From: Octopus bimaculoides
Taxonomy: Eukaryota
Direction: 5' to 3'
Length of the DNA: 64,000 bases
Assembly: GCF_001194135.2 (NCBI RefSeq)
Contig: NC_068998.1
Coordinates: 40,362,976-40,426,975 of the forward strand
Translations under genes and position numbers: made by a program
The notes under the pieces: generated by a model
The model's input: the letters and a program-made list of their open reading frames with translations, nothing else
What the model was told of the DNA's origin: nothing
Database searches by the model: none
Shown here: piece after piece, positions 53,121-63,559 of the stretch
Position numbering within the stretch: position 1 is the first letter of the stretch
Layout: each line of letters begins with the position of its first letter

Positions 53121-56100
53121 ACTATATGTATATTTTATACATACACATACACACACATGCATGCACACACACATGCATACATGCACATGTGCACACACAT
53201 GCACACACATACATGTAGCAGATAAGTGCAAAACCTGTTGGAGAAAATAGCACTCAAATATCAAAAAAAAAAAAAAGAGTAAATGGTATTAATATAAAAA
53301 AATATTTTAAAACATAGTTATTGTTATAACTATTTTCCTCCATCAACCATAACATTTCATTTTACTCAACTTTATTTCATTTGTTTATAACCTTTATATT
53401 ATTTTCATCAATAGTCAATCATCTTATCCAACATATTTCATCTATTTCGAAATATGACAACCCCCTGTCCAATCAGCTTATATGTTTATTTGATTAGCTG
53501 CCAACTGATTCTCACTGCACCATTTTAACCATTGTATTCTTCCGAAAGTTCTATTCTGTTTGATGATCAGTTTTGTGAAATTCAGAATAACAGTTTATGA
53601 GGTTTTTCAGCTTCAGTATATGTATATTTATAGATACACCCCCCCACACACACACACACATGCACACACACTCTTATATACATGCATACATGTGCCTTTA
53701 CCTGATGAGACACCACAGTACGAAAACCCTGGGTGTCCCAGAATCTCCTTACACTAATGAATCAAGTGTTTTATGATCACATATTCATCTCAAAAGTGAA
53801 GTCGTTCCCCTATGATGAAATGCACATATATGTATGTGTATGTATGTATATGTATGTATGTATATGTATGTATGTATATACATACATACATATATATANN
53901 NNNNNNNNACACACACAGCTATATAAAATAAAATATCAGAGTTTCATGACAGCCAATTTATGATGTTACCAAATGGTTTCATGCCAATATAGAGAGGCAA
54001 ATTCAGCAATCATTGGACCCTTTGCTATTGGAGGCCTGAAAATGCCACATCTAGTCTATTGGTCTTAGAGTTGTCATAAAAATTGAAAAAAAACTCATAG
54101 ATGAAACAATACAGCCATAGGACAATAACTAAAACAGATTATAGCTAAAAAGAACAAGGCTGAATTATGCTAGAATTCAAGTGGCAACAAGTTCACCACA
54201 ACTCTATGTAGTATTTGATTACTGAGTGAGCTGGGGGTTGAAGCATGGGAAGAGATGACAGAGCAGAATGGGAAAGCCACAGCGAGGGTTAATTTTAAAC
54301 ACATGTTGTTATGTACACTGGCTCAGGAACGAAATTTGCTCAGGGGATGCAAACCCCGAACCAAAAATGTTTACAAACAAGATCTTATTGTTTTTCTTTT
54401 TAATTTTTTTTTGTTCTTTGTTCTTTGAGAAGAAACCGAATTTTGAGCTACTTTTTATAAATCACTTTTTATTCACTGTTTTCTGAACCTGAGAAAAGTA
54501 AATAGGGGTGCAAATTTTGATTTTGCACCCCACAAAAATTCTAGCAGTTGCACTTGCACCCCCTGTTCAAGGTCTTTGGAAGTTTGTACATACAAATGCT
54601 GAGTGTGGTGGCATGAATATTAAACCTTCGTTTATGGTGAGGGATATTCTCAAGGTGAAAAGCTGACTGTTATACTCAGGGTGTCCCCGACAAACCAGCT
54701 AATATATATTTAAGCTCATGAGGGCATGAGGAAAAAACTTCACTTTTAAAGTTCTCACATGCCTCTGAATGGAAGGTGTTCTTCACTATGATACTTTTCT
54801 CTGCTAAACAGAATTTGCACCTCCTACTGCTCTTGAAAGAAAGTCATATTATGTAGTGTTTTCTTCTAATATCCATATGTTTAACCATATATAGATATAT
54901 ATATATAGACATGGATCTGGTTGTAGAAAGACGTACCTCAACAAGTTTCACCTGACCCCATGCTTGCAAGGAAAAGTGGAAATAGAATAATGATTGTGAC
55001 AGTGGCTGCATATGTAACAAATAATAATAGTTACATATCCTATGTAATATATATTTTTATAATACACATGCACACACCCACTCATATGTGTGTGTGTGTG
55101 TGTGTGTGTTACGTACATACATTTTTTATGTTTTATTGTTTTCATCATTGGACTGCAGACATGCTGAGGTGTCCCTTTGAAGGGTTTTAGTCAAACAAAT
55201 CAACCCCAGTTACTTTTTCCTTTTTTTTTTTTTTTCAAACCTGGTACTTCTTCTACTGGTCTCTTTTGCTAAACTACTAAGTTTTAAATATGTAAGCAAA
55301 CAACATGCTGTGGTGAGGGACAAACAAACACATGCACATATATGTATGATGGGCTTCTTCCAGTTTCCATCTACCAAATCCACTCACAAGGTGTTGGTCT
55401 GCCTGGGTTTATAGTAGAAGACACTTGCCCGGGGTGCTACGTAATGGGACTGAACCTGAAACCATGTAGCTGGGAAGCAAACTTCTTACCACACAGCCTT
55501 GCCTACAACTATGCCACACAACCACACCTCTCACACGCATACACATGTATTTACTGATATCTTGGGATGTATCTATCTTTGTCTCTCCCAAAACAGGATA
55601 ATCATGGCTTAGCTTTGTGAATTAGAAATGAGAGACTGAGTCAAGCTGACAAGATTAGAAGAGTAAAAGCACTGGTGGAAGTAATGTCTGTGGTGGAGGT
55701 GATGGTGGTAGTCATTACAGAATTAGTGGTGGTAGCCACTGCAGCAGTTATAGCAGTGTTTGATAAAGAGGGTAATGAAATCATTTAGCCTGAAGTTGAA
55801 TACTGCCCAAGCAGACCTAAGATCTTGGACATTCCAGCCATGACCATTCTGTTGTATACTGAGGACTAAATTACTTTGTTCAGTGTATCTGTCCTTTGCC
55901 TTTTTAATCCTTTTACTGCAGAAATCACATATGTCCACTCAAAATCTCATATCCCTTACCTGCGGAAAGCAGTTTTATATACCAATCTACCTTTTGTTCA
56001 CGAATGTCATGTTTGCAACTATTTTTCATTGAGATATATCAAATTTATTGAGGCAAGGTGATTGGCAGAAAATACCACTTCTATTTTTTGGTTGATATTT

Positions 56101-57689
56101 AATACCATTACTGGAGTAACCATGAAATTTAATTTCACAGTAAGGTGTGAACTGAGGAAGATTTAGTTGTTATTTATACTATTTTAAGTCACCTCATAGA
56201 GGTGTACTTCCTCATTAGCTGACAGAGTACTAGTAGTAGTTGTCGTATTTGTGTGTGATAACTAATTAAAACAAGTAAATACCACCAGAAACAGCTGATT
56301 ATCATTTGCAAAAAGTCAGCTGAACCGGAGCATTAGAGATCTATGTTAATATTGTCAGATGCCAGTCAAGCATGGCTGATTTGTCCTTTAAATCTGTGTG
56401 AGGAAGATGTCTCCTTTGGCTATACTTCACCTTGTGAATCCTTATAAGTACAGCTGTCCCATACTCAGCACAGTTTTAACCCATTTGAGGCTGCAAAGTG
56501 CCATTGTATTCATATTCATATTAAAACCTCCTCCATCAAAATTTCTTTATAACATGTTTGATGAAAATTTGAGGTTTCAGTTAATTGTCCCTAGCATAGA
56601 TGAGACCCCCTGTGTGGTTATTTTATGTATTAGAAATAGAAGCCACATATTCCCCCAAACTACTATCTGCTGTTGTGAAAAAGGAGACATTGCACAATGC
56701 TGTTCAGGGTATACTATTTCTGAGAAATAAATAAGATGGTCTTGGCTGAAATGCTTTTGATCTTTGGTCCACTGCTTCAGGACCAATCTGGGATCTAAAC
56801 AACAACAATAACCAATAAAATTAAACATATTTACTCAGCCGTCCTTCATGCAATGTATATTGTGCAACATAATTTAATGTCTCTTTTTTTTTAGTTTATT
56901 TTAACAAATAGAATGTAATTTAAGGAAGATTTGACTGCTATTTCCAGTATGTCTGGCAACTATGTAGAAGTTTCCATATTTGTAAAAGATATTACATAAA
57001 GTAGTGTCTAGAAATATAAATTTTCATATTGAATTCCTAGCACAGAAAAGTGTACATTTTAGACAAATGGGTGAAAAGAAAAACTAAAAACTTTTTTTAA
57101 ATGTATTAAGAAGATGGAAACTTGAAAAGGAAAAACAAAAATTTTTGAAAACCATGATTCTATCTCTCAGACAAAGAGACAGTTCCAAAATTTGAAATTC
57201 TTCAGCATTGAACTAAACAAAATTCAAGAACTCTATAGCAAAGTTCTTAACCTTGGCTGTCTTCCAGAGCATTCCTGTTATAAAACAAAAAACAAAAAAA
57301 AAACAGAAAAGAGAGAAAGGAAAAAGATGTCGACTGTACAAAGAAAAATAGTAAATAAATAAATAAATGATTCCTTTGACCCTCTATTATCTTACCGAAA
57401 GATGTGAGAACGATTTGTATACAAAACATGTTCAGTTTTATCTTGCAATTGTCACTGTATGAGGAAACAGCAAGTGCGCTGTTTAACTGCATTAATGAAT
57501 TATGAATTCAAATTTTGTCGTACTCATAGCTTGAAGAAAGCTAGACTCTACCAAGCTGATTTGCTATAGGTGAGCCACATAAAATCATAATCTTCAACTG
57601 GTTCCTCTGCAAACCAGTGAATCATGGAGCTGACATTTTCTTTCCCATTTTACAACTTTCACCTCTGTTACATGTTCTTCTTCATGGTA

Positions 57690-58110
57690 TCTGCTTACAG
57701 CTAGATAGACTGTAGCTTTCCAATGTACTCCTACTCCCCTACTATTAGATTTACCGTTCCATTATATCTGTGCCACTACTAGCTACGTAGACTGTACCTC
57801 TGTTATCCCTTCTGCCAGAGAGGTGGACTGTACCTGTATAGTATATACTATTAGCTAGCTAACAAGACTCTACCTCTCCATTGTATCTATTGCTAGATAA
57901 ACAGACTGTACCTTTCCAAAGTACCTACTGTTAGGCAGCTGGGTGGACTCTATCTTTCCATAGTAGTTACTACTAGCAAAGTGATTTCTATCTTTCCACT
58001 GTACATACTGCTAGCCAAATGGATTGTACCATTCTGGTGTACCTGCTGCCAGCTAAGCAGGTGGTCTCTACCTCTCCACTGTACCTTCTGTTAGCTAAAT
58101 GGACTCTACC
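57690..58110. repeat. Degenerate minisatellite of about 40 bp, about 10 units (consensus near gctagctaaatggactgtacctttccactgtacctact)
   Basis: Periodic gact(g/c)tacc(t)ttcca motif. Confidence 0.8.
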
Positions 58111-58344
58111 AACTTTCATCTAGTTGGATAGCAATCTTAAAACCAAGACAACCTGTCCAGTGTTAGTGAGAAAACTATTTTCCTGACACAAACAGGTCCT
58201 TGTGATGGACTAGAAACCATTGATCCTAAAACAATGTAAATTAGTGATCTTTTAAACATCTGCAGTGAGATGGTCCTTCATAAAACATTAAGAAAGACAA
58301 TATCTCAACTCACCTGATATTCTCCATGTAATTTCTCGTTACAG

Positions 58345-58542
58345 GTAATGGTACACAACAGTTTATCAGTATACCAGTGTCGCTAGCAACCGGAGGCAAC
58401 CAACAGATACAGTTGCTGACAACGTCCAATGGACAAATTATTGCTACCAACCTCTCCAGTCTTCAGGGTTTGGCACAACCTCTCAATATGACTGCCGCTG
58501 CTGCTGCTGCTGCTGCCGCCGCCAACACAAATGCTGCTGCAG
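58345..58542 (+). CDS. POU6: Coding exon of the probable POU6 gene: (G)NGTQQFISIPVSLATGGNQQIQLLTTSNGQIIATNLSSLQGLAQPLNMT, then a poly-Ala tract, then NTNAAA(G)
   Basis: ttctcgttacAG acceptor, 198 nt (phase 1-1), GCAG|GTCAGT donor. TNLSSLQGL resembles ANLTNIQGL of vertebrate POU6F2 (recalled, not searched). Confidence 0.85.
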
Positions 58543-58635
58543 GTCAGTATGTTGCTCTCTCATTCTTTTTCTTTCTTTCCCCACTTCTCTTTCTCCCTCT
58601 CCCTTTCTCGCTATATATCTTTCTCCTACTTTCCT

Positions 58636-58668
<33 letters not shown>

Positions 58669-59205
58669 ATAAGAGGAGGAGGAGGGGAAGGAGAAATAGG
58701 GTCGGTGATGATGATAATGACAATGATGGCTGATAGATGTTGTTACTTGTTGCTAAGCCCAGGTCAGCTTTGATAAAGTTGACTTTCAATCAGAGGCATT
58801 CCAGTTGTGAACATCCCTTTATTTTGAATGCCTATGACTGCAATGCTGGTTGAGCAGCCGTTTAGAAGCCCTTGAATTGGCTCATATTAGTCATCATTAT
58901 TATCATCATTATCACCTTTTAATATACATCTTCCATGCTAGCATACATTGGACAGTTTGACAGGGTCCAATAGGTTTGAGAACATCACATGATCTAGTGT
59001 CCACTTTGGCATGATTTTTATCACTGGGTGCCCTTCCTGACATGAACCGCTAACAAGAGTTAACTGGGTACTTTTTTGTAGCACCAGCACTAGTGAGGTC
59101 ACCATGAAGCTTGCAAGACTGAGGTCCTCTTTTGATTGGGTGGGGTTACATTAGATGGGAGGTGACTTTATGTTAAGAGATGGAGATGGGAGGTTAAGGT
59201 ACACA

Positions 59206-60261
59206 GGCTTTACATGAAGAGGTATAAAGGTGGATGTGGGATGATTAGCATACGGGAGTGCATCAACAGTGAAAGAAGAAACATGGCAGAATATTTGGTA
59301 AATAGCAAACAAGACCTGCTATAGTATGCTGCTAATGCAGGATTCACCAAAAATGGACTTGAAAGTGCTAATGAATTCCAATCATCAATAGCCAACAAGA
59401 GAGAAGAACTTCTACTCTACATGGAATTACATTGTTAGTTCCACCATGAAACTAACAACTTAAAAGACCAGGAAGCATCATGGAGGTGACTCAGCATGAG
59501 TGACCTAAAAAAGAAGACTTAAAGTCTAACCCTCATTGCCTAGGATCAGACATTGAATACTAACTCAGTGAAAAGGGATATATACCATGCAAGTGCAACA
59601 AACCTCTGCAGAATGTGTGGGAAAAGGGTCCATGACTCACACTGTTAGTGCTTGTGAAAGTCTTACACAGAAAAAGTACAAGTGCAGACACAACAAAGTA
59701 GCCCAAAACCTTCACTGGCTACTGTGCCAGATGTATGGACACGAGGTAATTGGTGCTTTGTACCAATATACACTAGAAAAGTTAATGGACAAAAAGGGGA
59801 AGGCAAAAATCCTCTTCGACTTTGATTTCCAGACAGACAAGGTATTAGAACACCGAAGGTCAGATATAGTAACTTTTAGGAGGGACAAACAAGAGTGCCT
59901 GATAATGGACATGGCAGTACCAGGAGATCAACACATCATCATAAAAGAAAGAGAAAAGATTGATAAATATGGAGACCTGAGAATAGAGATCACCAACATG
60001 TGGCAGCTACAAGAGTCAAACATAAAGTCATCGGAGCATTGGGTTCAGTACCACCCAACCTGAAGAAACATCTGGAATCTTTAGAAATACCTACAATCTA
60101 GGTGTATTGCAAAAATTGGCATTACTTGGAACTGCATACACATTGTGTAAAGTACTGTCTGTTTGAGGTTCTTGTTGTGACTTGACAGACAGTACAAACC
60201 CCCCGATAGACACAATATCTCCAATCATGATATTGGGTACTGTGCATCATCTTAAATAATA
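59206..60261 (+). mobile_element. R4/Dong-clade LINE 3' kilobase: post-RT region, CCHC knuckle, RLE domain and 3' UTR; decayed
   Basis: RLYMKRYKGGCGMIS...SWR*LSMSDLKKKT*SL..IA*DQTLNTN...CRMCGK / THTVSAC..RHNKVAQNLHW..KILFDFDFQTDKVLEHRRSDIV..DMAVPGD..KEREKIDKY..LQKLALLGTA; ends in aataataat. Confidence 0.9.
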
Positions 60262-60269
60262 ATCCTTTC

Positions 60270-60493
60270 AACTTCAGGTACAATGCGGGAAATTTTGTGG
60301 GGAGGGAGCTAGTTGATTACATCAACCCCAGTATTTAACTGGTACTTATTTTACCGACCTCAAAAGGATAAAAAGCAAAGTCAATCACGGCAGAATTTGA
60401 GCTCAGAATGTAAAGATGGACAAAATGCTGCTAAGGATTTTGCCCGGTTTACTAACAATTCTGTCAACTTACTACCACTACAATTACCACCAC

Positions 60494-60526
<33 letters not shown>

Positions 60527-60720
60527 GATTGTGTTTTATATGAGCCGAAGGCCAGAAATTTTGGGAGTAAACTGAGCTGACTGGAACTTTATTTTACTGG
60601 CCCTAAAGGGATGAAAGGCAAAGTTGACCTTTGCCAGGGTTGGGCTGTGAATGTAAAGAGCTGATACTAAATTCCAGAAGGCATTTTGTCCAACACCCTA
60701 ATAATGATTTTGCCAATCCT
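60270..60720 (-). mobile_element. Two minus-strand SINE-A copies; another at about 61260-61380
   Basis: Reverse complements of the B-box and body motifs. Confidence 0.75.
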
Positions 60721-61636
60721 GTGCTCTCGTTAGACACAAGACTNNNNNNNNNNNNNNNNNNNNNNNNNNNNNNNNNNNNNNNNNNNNNNNNNNNNNNNNN
60801 NNNNNNNNNNNNNNNNNNNNNNNNNNNNNNNNNNNNNNNNNNNNNNNNNNNNNNNNNNNNNNNNNNNNNNNNNNNNNNNNNNNNNNNNNNNNNNNNNNNN
60901 NNNNNNNNNNNNNNNNNNNNNNNNNNNNNNNNNNNNNNNNNNNNNNNNNNNNNNNNNNNNNNNNNNNNNNNNNNNNNNNNNNNNNNNNNNNNNNNNNNNN
61001 NNNNNNNNNNNNNNNNNNNNNNNNNNNNNNNNNNNNNNNNNNNNNNNNNNNNNNNNNNNNNNNNNNNNNNNNNNNNNNNNNNNNNNNNNNNNNNNNNAGG
61101 AGGAGGGGGGGGGAGGGGGAAGAGAGGAGGAGGGGTAAAGAGAGGAGGAGGGGGGGAAAGACAAAGTGAGGAGACATTACTTTTGTAGGCAAGATATTGG
61201 AGTGTGTTGATTATTAACTACATGTTGATCAGTCAAAAGGCTGTTTTAATAATCTCTCTAATTTTGACACATAGTAAGCAGTTTGAGGGGAGGTAGTTAG
61301 TCAATAACATCCACCTCAGTATTTGGCTGGTATTTTATTTTATCAACCCTAAAAGGATAGGAGACAAATTCTAATTTAGAACTTTGCGTCTTTCATGTTA
61401 TTTTATTTTCCAAACTTCAGCTTAATAATAACAAAGTTATTTTACTGACTTCTTCAATGTTTTCAAAATTAATCAAGACAAAAAGTAGTGTATTTCAATG
61501 CAAATATAATAACAAAAGGGTCACAGTTCATTACAGTATTCATCCTGTTCTTCATGTCATTGTTTGCTGACCATGTTTTGCTTCCAGTTACATTTGATGA
61601 AATATAATTAGTCTTCCACTTTCTCTCAAATAACAG

Positions 61637-61773
61637 GCCCCATCAATTCACACACATCAAACGGTACCACTAGCAATCAGCAAACAACCAACCAGTTGTT
61701 AGCCAATCAAGTTTCTTCATTACCTCAACTGCTCACCAATGCTCAAGGTCAAATTTTGGCAGTCGGCCCACAG
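61637..61773 (+). CDS. POU6: Coding exon of the probable POU6 gene: (G)PINSHTSNGTTSNQQTTNQLLANQVSSLPQLLTNAQGQILAVGPQ
   Basis: ttctctcaaataacAG acceptor, 137 nt (phase 1-0), CAG|GTAAGC donor. PQLLTNAQGQI matches a motif I recognise from vertebrate POU6F2/RPF-1, N-terminal to the POU domain. Confidence 0.85.
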
Positions 61774-62339
61774 GTAAGCATATACTTTAAGCTCTTCCAG
61801 AAACCAGCTTGAAATATACCATAATACAGAATATTATATATTATATGTATCATGATAGATAGTATCATATATTATGTTATATTATATTACAATGTATATT
61901 ATATAATCCAATATGATGTTGATAAACTACTGATGACTTTGTCTTTGTGTAGTTATTCAAAGTCAGATACTCTTAATAGAGATTTATAAGAACCATACTC
62001 TTGAGTGATTTGCCAAAAGCAAACTTCTTAACAATTTTGTAGTCTTCTTGCTATGACAATGAAACAGAACAGAATGGTCAGATTAGTGATTTTTTGGTGT
62101 GTGTATCAATGGACATATCTTTTAAATACATTGTTGGCTAAATATAAAAATGCATATGTCTAAAAATATGTGTATAAGGTGCAAGTGTGGCTGTGTGGTT
62201 AAGACGTTTGCTTTCCAGTCATGTGGTCTTCAGTTCAGCCCCATCACTTGGCACCATGGGCAAGTGTCTTCTATTATAGCACCAACCAAAGCCTTGTGAG
62301 TGGATTTGGTAAACAGAAGTTTTAAGCACTGAGCAAATA

Positions 62340-62597
62340 CCTCTCTAAAACGTATTGCCCAGTGCCTAAAACATCGAGCAAAGAATATATAAGTAGTGAT
62401 CGTGATACCGACCACAAAGAAATGATCAAGCTCAGTAACAATCTATTAAGCCACAACTACCCCCAAAAACATACTATCTACTCCAATTAAAACCACCAAT
62501 AGAAGAGAATATGACCAAAAACTGTGTGTATTCCATCCCATGCAGCTGTGGTAGGTTATACAAAGGCAAAACATGCCGCCCCCTTATAGATATTAGA
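62340..62597 (+). mobile_element. Penelope-like element (PLE) ORF remnant: RT thumb and start of the GIY-YIG endonuclease
   Basis: RIAQCLKHRAKNI/SSDRDTDHKEMIKLSNNLLSHNYPQ (thumb, cf. HRAxxICSD...NGYP), then NCVYSIPCSCGRLYKGKTCRPLIDIR (GIY-YIG); frameshifted. Confidence 0.8.
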
Positions 62598-62620
62598 TTT
62601 ATAAGCCCTAAAATTCACTC

Positions 62621-62704
62621 CATAGTTGCCCACGGGCATATGGCGTAGTGGTTAAGATTGCGGGTTACTAACCCTAAGATTCTGAGTTCGATTCCAGGCA
62701 ATGA

Positions 62705-62751
<47 letters not shown>

Positions 62752-62927
62752 TTGAAAAATACCTTAGGAATGAGAACCCAGGTTCAAAACTTCCCCAAGA
62801 CACCTGATGAAGGCTGGAGGGTATATCAGCTGAAACATTGTGTTAACAACAAACAAGATGAGGAAAAATATCCATCAATGTAAATAATGTACATAATTCC
62901 TCATCTCTTAAATATAGAACTGTTGAA
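62621..62927 (+). mobile_element. SINE-like element: tRNA-like head, (TAA)n, hammerhead-bearing PLE-type 3' part
   Basis: A box TGGCGTAGTGG at 62641-62651, B box GAGTTCGATTCC at 62684-62695, (TAA)n at 62709-62749, hammerhead fold at 62799-62844. Confidence 0.75.
62799..62844 (+). ncRNA. Minimal type-I hammerhead ribozyme fold (PLE-associated variant) with one substitution in stem III
   Basis: GACAC-CUGAUGA-A-GGCUG-gaggguauau-CAGCU-GAAAC-AUU-GUGUU: intact CUGAUGA and GAAA core, stem I 5 bp, stem II 5 bp; the palindrome reads AACAUU rather than AACGUU. Confidence 0.75.
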
Positions 62928-63005
62928 GATGTTGTATTTATATCTATATATATATATATATAAATACAACATCTTCAACAGTTCTATATTTAAGAGATGA
63001 GGAAT
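62896..63005. repeat. Perfect 47-bp inverted repeat with a TA-rich 16-nt spacer
   Basis: 62896-62942 is the exact reverse complement of 62959-63005. Confidence 0.95.
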
Positions 63006-63081
63006 ATATATATATATATACAGAGACCACTTAGCTATATGCATACACACATGCATGTGTGTGCACGCAGGGAGACACACA

Positions 63082-63445
63082 TGCACATGGCCTTCATAAT
63101 CCTCTTCATTCAATACCCAAGTTTTGCTTGCCAACATTGCCTCCATACACAAGCTTTGTACAGTCTACTCTTCACTTGAAAAGAGAACACCTTTGTTACC
63201 ATCAGAGGTTATAATACCCTAAATTTCTTCCGCCCTGTTTGTATTTTGGCTATTGTGCTTTACTTCTACGGGGGCTTCCAAGCACTCAAGTAATTTCTTT
63301 CACTGAGGCTTCTTACTGCCGACTACTTTTGTGCATCTGTCACATTGAACGTCTATCGTCTCTGGTGGCCTACAAATGCTCCTTCTGCACCTTTTATGCA
63401 CTCATAGCTTACACTGGGTAAACCAGATGGAATTCCTAGGTACTT
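63082..63445 (-). mobile_element. Decayed RTE LINE ORF2 fragment including the PHD-like Cys/His finger
   Basis: RNSIWFTQCKL*VHKRC...VQCDRCTK ... AKIQTGRKKFRVL*PLMVTKVFSFQVKSRLYKACV / AMLASKTWVLNEED. Confidence 0.8.
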
Positions 63446-63559
63446 GAATATTTAGTACAATATTCTTACATTACTGCTATACCAGTTGTGTTGTCTCTAT
63501 ACTCCTTGTACTTCCACTATATTCCTCTGCTTATTTCTCAAATTCTTTCTGTATTTCAG

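Noticed and set aside
53695-53740. CUGAUGAG...CGAAA hammerhead-like string
   Set aside because: The stems do not close in register and there is no NUH triplet at the right position.
54505-54563. GGGGTGCAAA/TTTGCACCCC hairpin
   Set aside because: Short stem that is probably part of an unclassified DNA-element end; no supporting TSD found.
62634-62707. Possible tRNA gene
   Set aside because: A and B boxes are present, but the acceptor and anticodon stems do not pair properly and it runs into a repeat body; treated as a SINE-like head.
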